Positions 47,349 through 56,991 of a stretch of DNA of 59,465 bases are shown here, piece by piece (position 1 is the first letter of the stretch; every line of letters starts with the position of its first letter). Under the pieces are notes generated by a model. It had not been told where the DNA came from, ran no database searches, and worked only from the letters and a program-made list of their open reading frames with translations. Origin of the DNA: Clostridia bacterium. GTDB lineage: Bacteria > Bacillota > Clostridia > Oscillospirales > CAG-272. The translations under genes were made by a program, and so were the position numbers. The stretch covers positions 1 to 59,465 of the forward strand of contig JAFQDC010000093.1 of NCBI GenBank assembly GCA_017416205.1. Reading direction: 5' to 3'.

Positions 47349-47882
47349 ATGAGATCTGCAATATCGGCGGTATTAGTCGCCCTTTTATTTATTCTGACCT
47401 CGTGCGCAGCAGAAAGCGCCGAGGGAATATTCGACTATCAGAAAAGCCTTTCAAAAGTAGAAGGCACCCTGAGTCGTGGGGACGAGACCTACGGAGTGAT
47501 ACTCAGTTTTGAAAAGGACGAAGGCGGAACGAATGATCTCACGTCCATTGAGCTCACCTCACCCGAGACTCTTTCGGGCTTTATCTTTGAGCGCACGGCA
47601 GAGGGGATACGCATAAGCACGGGTAAGGTCAGCCTTTTAAAGGGCAGCTTTGAGGCTGAGAAAATATTTGAATCCGAAAAAATGTTTAACCTATGTGCCG
47701 AGGACATCGTATCAATAAAGACAGACGAAGACGGCAACACCGTAGCCACGGGAGAAAACGGGAGTTATAAATGGAAGGTCATTGCCGCAAAGAACGGAGA
47801 TGCAAAGGAAATAATCATATCTGACGGTAGCGGCGAGACGGCTCTTGAAATTAAAAGCATAGTGTATCAAAAGGTGAAATAA
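47349..47882 (+). CDS. hypothetical lipoprotein
   Basis: Lipobox LTSC; beta-rich body with ..SPETLSG. Confidence 0.65.
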   Translation: MRSAISAVLVALLFILTSCAAESAEGIFDYQKSLSKVEGTLSRGDETYGVILSFEKDEGGTNDLTSIELTSPETLSGFIFERTAEGIRISTGKVSLLKGSFEAEKIFESEKMFNLCAEDIVSIKTDEDGNTVATGENGSYKWKVIAAKNGDAKEIIISDGSGETALEIKSIVYQKVK

Positions 47883-47924
47883 TCTGCAACTCCTTTATAC
47901 GTCGCATAAAGATCTACGGGCAAC

Positions 47925-47956
47925 AAAAAAGCACTTGCTTTCGCAAGTGCTTTTTT
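47925..47956. terminator. bidirectional terminator (tRNA / lipoprotein)
   Basis: AAAAAAGCACTTGC-tttc-GCAAGTGCTTTTTT. Confidence 0.8.
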
Positions 47957-47957
47957 A

Positions 47958-48049
47958 TGGCGGAAAGGGAGGGATTCGAACCCTCGAACGGGTATTAGCC
48001 GTTACACGATTTCCAGTCGTGCGCCTTAGACCAGCTCAGCCACCTTTCC
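47958..48049 (-). tRNA. tRNA-Ser (anticodon GGA)
   Basis: GGAAAGGTGGCTGAGCTGGTCTAAGGCGCACGACTGGAAATCGTG..long variable arm..GAGGGTTCGAATCCCTCCCTTTCCGCCA; encoded CCA. Confidence 0.97.
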
Positions 48050-48094
48050 GTAGCTTACTGCTCACAGTAAACCGCAATATCAAATTGCTCAGCT

Positions 48095-48123
48095 ATTATA
48101 TCAAACAAAATCTCTGTTGTCAA
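48095..48123 (-). promoter_or_regulatory. sigma-A promoter of tRNA-Ser
   Basis: TTGACA-17-TATAAT. Confidence 0.75.
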
Positions 48124-48151
48124 TACCTTTTTTTCTTTTTTTGAGATTTTT

Positions 48152-48835
48152 TTAATATCCCGCTTTTCCGATGATAGAATAAACAGCAGTTTTTACGATC
48201 AGCTTAATATCTATCCAAAGATTTGCTTCATGGACGTATTTTACATCCATTTCCAATCTCTTCCCGAATTCTATACCGCATCTCTCCGCAAATGTTGCCT
48301 GCCAATAGCACGTCAACCCGGGAGGAACGTCGTATCTTTCGTCATATTTATCGCCGTAAAGTGCTTGTGCCTCTTCAACCTCATATGTAACGTAGGGTCT
48401 TGGGCCTACAAGACTCATCTGTCCTGCAAGAATATTTATGATTTGAGGAAGCTCATCGATATTAGTCCTTCTTATGAATCTGCCGACCTTAGTAATACGG
48501 GGGTCCTCGCTATCCTTCAGCTTTTGTCCGATATCTGTTTTTCCGTGATCCTGCTTTATTTGATGTACGCTTTTCTCCGCATCTTTTCTCATGCTGCGGA
48601 ATTTATACATATAAAATATCTCTTTGTTTTTTCCTACTCTTTTCTGCTTGTAAATAACAGGGCCGCCGTCCTCTATTACTATTGCCAACGCGGTTCCCAA
48701 AAGAAGAGGAGAGAGAAGTACCAACGCAAGAACACTGCACACTATGTCCATAGCGCGCTTAAAAAAACGGTAAGCGATATTCTTTTTTATCTTCTCTCGC
48801 TGCTTTTCAAGCACAGCATTGCTTTTATTGTTCAT
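48152..48835 (-). CDS. priming sugar-phosphate transferase (bacterial sugar transferase family)
   Basis: KRAMDI, QKRVG, YKFRSM, DPRITKVGRFIRRTNIDELPQ, MSLVGPRP, PGLTCYWQ. Confidence 0.93.
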   Translation of the reverse strand: MNNKSNAVLEKQREKIKKNIAYRFFKRAMDIVCSVLALVLLSPLLLGTALAIVIEDGGPVIYKQKRVGKNKEIFYMYKFRSMRKDAEKSVHQIKQDHGKTDIGQKLKDSEDPRITKVGRFIRRTNIDELPQIINILAGQMSLVGPRPYVTYEVEEAQALYGDKYDERYDVPPGLTCYWQATFAERCGIEFGKRLEMDVKYVHEANLWIDIKLIVKTAVYSIIGKAGY

Positions 48836-49041
48836 AGCCCTGTCCTTTCTCGATTATTTACACACATACACCTTAATTATACATTATACGACCTATAGTG
48901 TCAATATCAATATTCAGACAACACAATAGATTTAGCAAAATTGATTTCTGAACCATTACAATATGTGCATCACTTTTTTGTATCAACTGTCATATGATAA
49001 CACATTTTTTTGTATGGATATACAAAAAATGTAAAAGTCTA

Positions 49042-49092
49042 TTGACACAGGTAAATATATATTGTATGATTGTATTAGTACAATAATACAAT
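49042..49092 (+). promoter_or_regulatory. promoter and palindromic operator of the GntR-ABC operon
   Basis: TTGACA-17-TATGAT overlapped by ATTGTATTA-gtacaa-TAATACAAT inverted repeat (YtrA-type layout). Confidence 0.75.
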
Positions 49093-49110
49093 TAAAAGGG
49101 AGTGGTGTCA

Positions 49111-49506
49111 TTGAAGTTAAGCTTTGAATCGGGAAAGCCCTTGTTTATACAGCTTAAAGAGCTGATGAGAACAGACATTGCCGCAGGAAAATACTCTCCG
49201 GGAGAAAAGCTGCCCGGAGTGCGCGACCTTGCTCTTTGGGCCAACGTTAATCCCAATACAATGCAAAGAGCCCTCTCCGATCTTGAAGCGGAGGGTCTCC
49301 TTGAAACAAGGGGCACAAGCGGGCGATTCGTTTGTCAGGACCCTGCGGTCATCGACGGGGCAAAGAGACAGATCCTCGGAGAATTAGCCTATAGCTTTCT
49401 TTTAAAATGCCGCGAGCTTGGGATCGACAGCTCCGAGGCAAAACAAATTATCGACATAATCATCAAGGACAGCTTTGAAGAAAGGAACGATACAGAAAAT
49501 GAGTAA
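49111..49506 (+). CDS. GntR-family regulator (YtrA subfamily)
   Basis: PLFIQL, GEKLPGVRDLA...VNPNTMQRAL..LE.EGL..T.GTSGRFV; short C-terminal domain. Confidence 0.93.
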   Translation: MKLSFESGKPLFIQLKELMRTDIAAGKYSPGEKLPGVRDLALWANVNPNTMQRALSDLEAEGLLETRGTSGRFVCQDPAVIDGAKRQILGELAYSFLLKCRELGIDSSEAKQIIDIIIKDSFEERNDTENE

Positions 49507-50197
49507 TATTCTTGAAGCAAGAAACCTGACGAAGGTTTATACCAGGGAGGCGGCGCTGGATAATATATCCATGACCATCCCCGGCGGAAAGATCATCGGT
49601 CTTCTGGGCCCTAACGGCAGCGGCAAGACCACCCTTATAAAGCTCATAGCGGGACTTCTCGTTCCCACCTCGGGAGAGCTTTATATTGACGGCCACGTTC
49701 CCGGAGAAAAAACAAAGGCAGTAGTTTCCTACCTGCCAGAGCGCCCCTATTTCCAGAACAGCATGAAGATCTGCGATATGCTCAGCTACTTTGAAGACTT
49801 TTATGCAGATTTTGACAGACAAAGAGCGGAGCAGATGCTTTACGATCTCCATATTCCCCTCGATGCAAGAATGAGGACTCTTTCTAAGGGTACAAAGGAA
49901 AAGGTACAGCTTGTTCTCGTAATGTCGAGACGGGCAAAGCTCTATCTTCTTGACGAGCCCATTGCAGGCGTTGACCCTGCGGCAAGAGAATACATTATGA
50001 GAACCATCCTCACAAACTACGGAGAGGATTCCACCATTATTATTTCAACTCACCTTATTACAGACATTGAACAGATACTTGACGAATTTGTGTTTATCCA
50101 CCGCGGCCGCATCGTTCGCGCAGGAAACGCAGATGACGTAAGGATCGAAGAACAAAAGAGCCTTGACCAGCTCTTCAGGGAGGTATTCAAATGCTGA
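49499..50197 (+). CDS. ABC transporter ATP-binding protein (YtrB-like)
   Basis: GPNGSGKTT, LSKG, LLDEP, ISTH. Confidence 0.95.
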   Translation: MSNILEARNLTKVYTREAALDNISMTIPGGKIIGLLGPNGSGKTTLIKLIAGLLVPTSGELYIDGHVPGEKTKAVVSYLPERPYFQNSMKICDMLSYFEDFYADFDRQRAEQMLYDLHIPLDARMRTLSKGTKEKVQLVLVMSRRAKLYLLDEPIAGVDPAAREYIMRTILTNYGEDSTIIISTHLITDIEQILDEFVFIHRGRIVRAGNADDVRIEEQKSLDQLFREVFKC

Positions 50198-51039
50198 GAA
50201 AGCTTTTTAAATATGATTTTCTTGCCATTGGCAAAAATATGTGGATATTCACGATCATTGCGATCTGCCTTGCAGTTGTAGCCTGCTTCACGTTTAACGG
50301 GATCTATGAGATCGGAAATTTTATTGGCAACGCCCCCTCAGACCGTGACATGGCTCTCGGAGTTTCCCTTATGATGGCGGCGGTTATGTTGTTTGCCCTC
50401 TGCCTTTGCGGCATAATTGCATATGCGGTCATCGGTATGATCATGATCCTTGTCCGCTACTATTCAAACTTCTTTACCGACGAGGGATATCTCACCTTCA
50501 CCCTCCCCGTCAAGACCTCAACCCTTCTTCATTCCAAAATACTTTCAGGCATCAGCTGGTTTGCCATTATCGGTGTTGTTGTAGTGCTCAGCTTTGTAGC
50601 GGTGGCAACAACAATAGCGGCAGTTACCGGTGACTCCTATCTTTGGGAGGTGTCTGATTATTATACCGTAGAGCCCGAGAGTATCTCCGTTATTGGAGAG
50701 ATAATCGTGGGGATGACCGAGACTATCAGCTTTGTTATCGCTATTATTGAGCCTGTGCTTCTTATGTTCCTTTGCGTGACTCTTGCATCGGTTATCGCAA
50801 GAAGAGCAAGAGTGGTTATCGGTATCGGACTTTTCTTTGCAGTCAATTCCGTCACAAGTGCGCTGGTAACTGCAGGCGACGTGTTTATGTCCTATATTAC
50901 CACAGAGTACTTCGGATATAACTATTACATAGATACGGCGACCCAGTCAGTATTCTACATCCTGCTCTACGGCTCTATCCTTGTTGTATCATATCTTCTC
51001 AACAGATATCTTCTTAAAAACAAACTGAATCTCATTTAA
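50191..51039 (+). CDS. ABC-2-type permease
   Basis: MLRKLFKYDF, about six TMs, EGYLTFTLPV....L.SK motif. Confidence 0.82.
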   Translation: MLRKLFKYDFLAIGKNMWIFTIIAICLAVVACFTFNGIYEIGNFIGNAPSDRDMALGVSLMMAAVMLFALCLCGIIAYAVIGMIMILVRYYSNFFTDEGYLTFTLPVKTSTLLHSKILSGISWFAIIGVVVVLSFVAVATTIAAVTGDSYLWEVSDYYTVEPESISVIGEIIVGMTETISFVIAIIEPVLLMFLCVTLASVIARRARVVIGIGLFFAVNSVTSALVTAGDVFMSYITTEYFGYNYYIDTATQSVFYILLYGSILVVSYLLNRYLLKNKLNLI

Positions 51040-51048
51040 GGAGCAGTC

Positions 51049-51507
51049 ATGTCCAATAAGAAAAGAATAATTTTAACTCTGCTTATCCTTCTCCCTATCG
51101 TTCTTACCGCAGGACTTCTTATAGCCGCGGCTGTGACGGAGATATTTGCACTAAGCGTTATCGCACATATTATTATAAAAGCCGCACTTGCGGCAATTTG
51201 CCTCAGTCTCATATATAAAGCCTTCAAGGATCAGATCAAGGCTCATATGAAGCACGCGCTTATCATCTGCGGTGCGGCACTGCTTGTTGATATGGTAGTG
51301 CTCTCCACAATACGATACATCCTTTCCGGTGGAGTGCAGACTATTCTCTTTTTCCCCGTGTCTATCCCCCTGTGCTTCACAGCTCTCATTTATTATGCCT
51401 GCGAGGACTCCGAGGGGCAAAAGAGCTCAAAGAAATGGGCGTTTATCATAGGCATCCCTCTAACGTTGGTTGCTGTCGTTTTTGAAGTGATCTCGTTTTT
51501 GGGGTAA
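51049..51507 (+). CDS. hypothetical multi-pass membrane protein
   Basis: About five hydrophobic helices, AAGGAG RBS. Confidence 0.7.
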   Translation: MSNKKRIILTLLILLPIVLTAGLLIAAAVTEIFALSVIAHIIIKAALAAICLSLIYKAFKDQIKAHMKHALIICGAALLVDMVVLSTIRYILSGGVQTILFFPVSIPLCFTALIYYACEDSEGQKSSKKWAFIIGIPLTLVAVVFEVISFLG

Positions 51508-51570
51508 GGTCTCCGGGCGAACCGAAATAAAATTTGATGCAAAAACGTACGTTAAAAGGTTTATGTTGTT

Positions 51571-51664
51571 GTAGGGACAGGCGTCCTCGACTGTCCATTT
51601 ATAGAAACGATATTCACTGCAAAACGCACGTCTGTAACGGACAGTCGAGGACGCCTGTCCCTAC
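51571..51664. repeat. GTAG-type REP doublet (REPIN-like)
   Basis: Perfect 26-bp inverted repeat GTAGGGACAGGCGTCCTCGACTGTCC (51571-51596) / 51639-51664, each arm itself palindromic. Confidence 0.85.
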
Positions 51665-51708
51665 ATAAAAACCATACATTTCGATCAACAGATCGGGAAA
51701 GAAATATC

Positions 51709-52806
51709 ATGAAAAAACTACTTCTGATAATAACCTCTCTCCTCCTCTGCTTTTCTCTTTCGTCCTGTGCAATTTTTAACCTCTTGAGCTTCAGCTCCCT
51801 TGGATTTATAGGATCCGAAGACGAGGATCCCATATTCTATTTCGTCCCCGAGGAAAGCTATTTTGACGGTTGCCGCGTTGACGGTGACAGTGTTATATTC
51901 ACATACGCTATCTGCTTTTGCAATGAGTATGAATTCGATGAGAAAATATTAATATACGCTGCCTTTGACAAAAAGGAGCTTGACGGCTGGGTGGAATACG
52001 AAAAAATGTACGAAGGCCTTGACGAAAACGGAGAGCCCCTGTTTGCAACTGTGAAGGCTGGAGAAACGTCAATTATCAAATTCAGCTTCCGAGGAAAATA
52101 CCTTGGAGGCCAGCTCCCCGACACACTTTCCTTTCCCGAGGAAATAATGATAATGCAGGAGATTTTATGGGAAAAGAGCGACGAAATGAAAAACGATCTT
52201 GAAAGTGAAAAGACAATGGAACTTGAAAACTACCTTTACAACAAAGTTAAGCCCATTATCGAAGGCTTTGACGAAGACAGTATTTACGCTCTGTCATTCT
52301 TTGTTTATGCAAACTTTGGCAATGAATACAAAGGCATAAACAGCTTCCCCGAGTTTTCCGTTGGATATAACACGGAAAGCGTAGCAGACGGAGCCGGAAA
52401 GTTCAGCGAGGAAAGATGGAATTTTGCCTTTTGGGAGCAAAATAACGTTCCCGTTATCGACCCTGCAGAGGGCGGCGAGGGAGCTGAGTTCCTTCTTGAC
52501 TGGTACAAGGAGCAGGGCATTGACAACGTAGGAGCAGACGAGGACGAGGAAAGCGCCTACGACGAAAGTATGAACTACGTAGGCAAGGGCCCCGTTGGCT
52601 ACTACGAGCTCCTTTGCGCCGCTTCAAACGTTGCAAAAAGACTTCAGGAGGAAGGCTTTGTTGAAAAAGCCCTCGGAAGCCCCGTGCCTATTATCGTTCA
52701 CGAGCTTGAATATCCGTGGTACGTAGCAGAGGCTACAAAAAACGCAAACCCCAACGGCGAGGCGGATGATTTTCTCATAGCCGTTGGAAAAAACTTTGAG
52801 GAATAA
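51709..52806 (+). CDS. two-domain lipoprotein (probable fusion of a lipoprotein and a soluble acidic protein)
   Basis: Lipobox LSSC; first ~153 aa resemble 53618..54109; second part MELENY..IYALSFFV..VGYNTE..ERWNFAFW..PIIVHELEY. Confidence 0.7.
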   Translation: MKKLLLIITSLLLCFSLSSCAIFNLLSFSSLGFIGSEDEDPIFYFVPEESYFDGCRVDGDSVIFTYAICFCNEYEFDEKILIYAAFDKKELDGWVEYEKMYEGLDENGEPLFATVKAGETSIIKFSFRGKYLGGQLPDTLSFPEEIMIMQEILWEKSDEMKNDLESEKTMELENYLYNKVKPIIEGFDEDSIYALSFFVYANFGNEYKGINSFPEFSVGYNTESVADGAGKFSEERWNFAFWEQNNVPVIDPAEGGEGAEFLLDWYKEQGIDNVGADEDEESAYDESMNYVGKGPVGYYELLCAASNVAKRLQEEGFVEKALGSPVPIIVHELEYPWYVAEATKNANPNGEADDFLIAVGKNFEE

Positions 52807-52811
52807 ATAAT

Positions 52812-53615
52812 ATGTACAGACTCCAACATTTCGTAGCAAAGCACAGCATTCTTTGTAAAGTCATATCTATTATAGTCTGGGCGTTTATGTGGATAGTATT
52901 GCTGTGCGGCAGACTGAACTTTAATATTATAGCAGGAATGCTTTGCTATATTATTTGCATATTTTCATACCTGCTTATAATAGACGCAACACCGAGCCTT
53001 ATAATGCAAAAGACCATGCACCCTCTCAACAACAATTGCGACCCTTATCCGCTTCTTTTGGAAACGGAAAAGCTCCTTACATACAAGAACTCAAAGAGCG
53101 CAGAGCAGCTTATTCTTATGAATCGCGCCGTTGCCCTTTCGGATATCGGACACTATCAGGAGGCTTATGATATCCAAAAGAGCGTGAATATCGATAAAAA
53201 CCCCGCTCCCATAAACAGATGTATCTATTACAACAACCTTTTCCAGTTCTGTATGAATCTTGAAAAGTTTGACGAGGCGGGTATATGGTTTGAAAAGCTC
53301 ATGCAGGTATATGCTGACGTGAAGGGCAAAAAAGCGCTTGCTATGCTGGAAAGCAGCATTATTTCCTCAAAAGCCGCAGAGGCCTATAGAAAAGGTGACT
53401 ATATGGCATCCATTGAACTCACCAATTCAAATACGCCCAAAAATCTCCGAAGCAGAGTCAGCGGCGCAATGGACTATGCGAGAGCCTGCATCGCTCTCGG
53501 CGAAAACGAAAAAGCGGCAGATGCTCTGGCAATCGTTATCCGGAACGGCAACCGCCTATACTGCGTGAACGAGGCTGCAGCTATGCTGAGAAAGATCAGA
53601 GGGATCGAGGAATAG
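52812..53615 (+). CDS. membrane-anchored TPR-like helical repeat protein
   Basis: Two N-terminal TMs, then helical repeats (A.AL..IG.YQEA, YYNNL, A.A..ALGE.EKA). Confidence 0.65.
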   Translation: MYRLQHFVAKHSILCKVISIIVWAFMWIVLLCGRLNFNIIAGMLCYIICIFSYLLIIDATPSLIMQKTMHPLNNNCDPYPLLLETEKLLTYKNSKSAEQLILMNRAVALSDIGHYQEAYDIQKSVNIDKNPAPINRCIYYNNLFQFCMNLEKFDEAGIWFEKLMQVYADVKGKKALAMLESSIISSKAAEAYRKGDYMASIELTNSNTPKNLRSRVSGAMDYARACIALGENEKAADALAIVIRNGNRLYCVNEAAAMLRKIRGIEE

Positions 53616-53617
53616 GT

Positions 53618-54109
53618 ATGAAAAAACTACTTCTGATAATAACCTCTCTCCTCCTCTGCTTTTCTCTTTCGTCCTGCTCTCTTCTTTTGTTTTCCGCATT
53701 CAACACCTACGTGCCGGATGGGGAGTACGCTGAATTTTCGGGCGTTTATCCCGACGAAGATGAGATATATATTGATTATGAAAAAAGCTATTTCAGCGAG
53801 GTAACAGCTTCGGATGACGGCACGGTCTCTTACCGTTGCAGCCTTGATATCTGCAACAGCACTGACGAGGACGTGACAGTCAGCCTCCTCGGCGATTTTG
53901 AAGAGGAATACGATATGGGATGCATTACCTCTATGTTTCTTGCGGGCGAGGACGAAAACAAAAGCACGACCTTCACATTACCCGCAAACTCCGAGAGCAC
54001 CTATACCGTGATCTTCAAGGGAACTCTTGCCGGCAATAAGGACGGTGCTCTGAAGTACGACAGATCCCTCCCCGGTATTGAAATACACCTCGCAGACGAC
54101 GAAAACTGA
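53618..54109 (+). CDS. hypothetical lipoprotein
   Basis: Lipobox LSSC; first 59 nt identical to those of 51709. Confidence 0.72.
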   Translation: MKKLLLIITSLLLCFSLSSCSLLLFSAFNTYVPDGEYAEFSGVYPDEDEIYIDYEKSYFSEVTASDDGTVSYRCSLDICNSTDEDVTVSLLGDFEEEYDMGCITSMFLAGEDENKSTTFTLPANSESTYTVIFKGTLAGNKDGALKYDRSLPGIEIHLADDEN

Positions 54110-54131
54110 TAAACTAAGAAAGGAGAAAGCT

Positions 54132-55349
54132 ATGGTCAAAAAAATAATTGCCCCGATTATTGCAGTCATTCTTATGACCGCACTTCTCTCTTCCTGCTAA
54201 GAGGGTGACTCAATAGGCTGGCAGAGCTATAATAACAGCGCCCCCAATTACAACAATATTGAAAATGCTGAGTTATCCTCAGTTGTATCTGCAAAGGATA
54301 ATACGGTATTCTATAGCTGGGACGGTTTTTACAATCCCCACCTTTCCGTTTTTGATGCAAAGAAAAAGCACCATATCCTTCAAGGACTTCAGCTTGCCCC
54401 CGAAGAGCTTTCTTACGACTTTTTTGTGCTCGGGACTAAGGCCTACTTTTGTACAGAATCCGTTAACGTAAAAGACGAGATCGAGGGCATGGTCTCCATA
54501 GATACGACTAAGCAGTCCGAAACCGAGGTATGCAACTTTTACGAATACGATCTTACCAATAAGCTGTATAAAAAGCTGTTTACCATCGAAGGACCGCTGA
54601 TCCGCTCGTGGTCAGTTTCAGACGGTGCGTTTGCCTTTAAAAAATTCAAGCCCAACCAATATGATGAAGACGGTTACTTATTAGACGAATATGCCTATTC
54701 TCTGACCCTTTACGATATTTCCAAAGAAGAAGAGGTTACCGTTTGTGACAGTGTTATCGGCAGCTGCTTCGTTTCAAATAAGCTGAGATACGTTACACAC
54801 AGCAACAGCGTATTTACGTTATTTGAATACGACAAAGAAACAAACGAATCGGCAGAGCTTGGAAGCTTCAACCCCAACAAGCACGGCGCGATCTTCTACG
54901 ACGATCCTTATCTGACCCTTAATTTTACAGAGGAAAAGCTTATTCTTTCGGATATCAACGGCGAATACGATGCAATGCTGGTGCTTGATATTAATTCCGG
55001 CACCGTAAGCAAATACACTCTGCCCGCCTCCATAAGTTCCCTTATTGCAGGCGAAAAATATGCCTACGCCGTAGTGGGATCTCATGAATATTATTATGAG
55101 GATGACGAAAACGATAACGGTGGTTTTTCAGACCCCTATGCCGAAAGCAGAGGCATCTACAAAATCGATCTCTCCGACGGAACCTATGAAAAGCTTGATT
55201 TTTCCGTAAATTATTATACGGATATATTCGTAATATCCGATGATGAGGTCATTATAGAACAAGGTAATATGCAAGCCATAATTGCCGCGGTGACCGTATA
55301 CAAATATGATGCCGACGAAAACAAGATAACAAAGCTGTTCAAGCATTGA
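54132..55349 (+). pseudogene. beta-propeller-like lipoprotein with an in-frame TAA directly after the lipobox Cys
   Basis: AAGGAG RBS + MVKKII...LLSSC* (TAA 54198-54200), then the same frame stays open to 55349 and is colinear with 55696..56901. Confidence 0.78.
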
Positions 55350-55372
55350 GACCATACATTTGAGGAATAGAT

Positions 55373-55639
55373 TTGAAAGATAAACGAACAGAAAAGCTGA
55401 AAAAACACTACACCGTTCTTTTGAACGGTGAGCCATTTAAAATCATCGGTTATTCCATCAAGGAAAGCGGCGAGGAAAAGCTCATCTGCCTGAAAACAAA
55501 GATGAAAAGCCAAAGCTTTCCCACCGAGGGGAAGGTGCATATAGAGCTTGAGCCCCAAAAGCCCCTTTCGTTTGATGCCGTGTTTTATGGGAAGCTCACC
55601 GACCTTGCGACCGTTACGTGGTATTATGAAATAGTTTAA
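55373..55639 (+). CDS. small hypothetical protein
   Basis: 88 aa ORF, TTG start behind GAGGA, fills the gap in a co-oriented array. Confidence 0.5.
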   Translation: MKDKRTEKLKKHYTVLLNGEPFKIIGYSIKESGEEKLICLKTKMKSQSFPTEGKVHIELEPQKPLSFDAVFYGKLTDLATVTWYYEIV

Positions 55640-55695
55640 GATATATCCCCGAGTGGATAGTAACAAAGAAACAAAAAACAAAGGAGCAATACCAT

Positions 55696-56901
55696 ATGAG
55701 AATAAGAATAATTGCTGCCCTTCTCGCACTCCTTATGCTCACGCCGGCGCTTTTTGCCTGCGGGAGAAAAGCCACGGAGATAAAGGATATAAACATAACT
55801 AATCCAAACTATAACAATATCGACAGCGATTCATTCACAATGATACAGGCAGCATCGGGCGATACTGTTTTCTATGCGTGGTCCGGTTTTTACAATCCCC
55901 ATATATCTGTTTTTGACGGTAACCGAAAGCATCACGTAATGAACGGACTTAAGTTTTATTCGGAAATGTATAACGGTGATTTTTTCGTTCTTGGTGACAG
56001 CGCTTATTTCAGTACCACGTCCTTTGATATTGAAGAAGAGCTGCATCCGAATGCTGAGGATGATCTGATCTATGATTTACAAGAATATAAGGAATACAAT
56101 TTTTACAGGTACGATCTTGGATCAAAAGAGCATGCAAAGATGTTTTCCATTGAAAGCAGCTATATTTATACGTGGTATGCTTCAACGGATTTCTTTGCCT
56201 TCAAAAAATACCTTTATGAAAAAGAAGATGATGAAGCCGTAATATCAGATCTTTATTCCCTTACCTGCTACGATCTTGCCGAAAATACTGAAATATTGGT
56301 TTGCGATAGTATCGTAAGCTGCTCCGTTGTATCAGGAAAGCTGAGATACCTTACTTTTTCCGAAGGAACGTTCAACGTTTTTGAATATGACACAAAAACA
56401 AGGCTGTCCGAAAAGCTCGGAGACTTCTCAATTGATGGATACAACTATGAAGAATATACTGTCTCGTATCATACGTACAACTATACAGAGGAAAAGATCA
56501 TAGTTTCAAGCTATAATGATAATTATGACACCATCGCAGTTTACGATATTGCTGAGGATACCTTATGTGAATATACTCTTCCGGCAACCATAGTTTCAGC
56601 AATTGCGGGTGAAAAATATATTTTCGCAGATATTCATACAGAAGGCGTATACTACTACGGCGAAGACGAGAATGTTACCTCGGAGGCAGATGAAGAGATC
56701 GACGGTATTTACAGGATAGATCTTTCCGACGGCTCCTATGAAAAGCTGGATATTTTTGCAAACGAGGATACCGCCCTCTTTGTAGTATCCGATGATGAGC
56801 TGATCATCGAGCAGGGCAAAATGGCTTTCATCCGATATAAGACCACCGTGTTCAGCTATGACGTTAAAAATAAAGAATTGAAGGAGCTGTTTTCAAAGTG
56901 A
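55696..56901 (+). CDS. acidic beta-propeller-like lipoprotein
   Basis: Lipobox LFAC; repeated FYRYDL / LTCYDL / VFEYD / IAVYDI / IYRIDL / VFSYD strands. Confidence 0.72.
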   Translation: MRIRIIAALLALLMLTPALFACGRKATEIKDINITNPNYNNIDSDSFTMIQAASGDTVFYAWSGFYNPHISVFDGNRKHHVMNGLKFYSEMYNGDFFVLGDSAYFSTTSFDIEEELHPNAEDDLIYDLQEYKEYNFYRYDLGSKEHAKMFSIESSYIYTWYASTDFFAFKKYLYEKEDDEAVISDLYSLTCYDLAENTEILVCDSIVSCSVVSGKLRYLTFSEGTFNVFEYDTKTRLSEKLGDFSIDGYNYEEYTVSYHTYNYTEEKIIVSSYNDNYDTIAVYDIAEDTLCEYTLPATIVSAIAGEKYIFADIHTEGVYYYGEDENVTSEADEEIDGIYRIDLSDGSYEKLDIFANEDTALFVVSDDELIIEQGKMAFIRYKTTVFSYDVKNKELKELFSK

Positions 56902-56991
56902 TTCAGGTTGAAAATACTTTGTAAAAACGATATTCACTGCGAACCACCGTGTCTGTAGTTTGGAATTTTTGAAAATCAAGGACAAATAATT

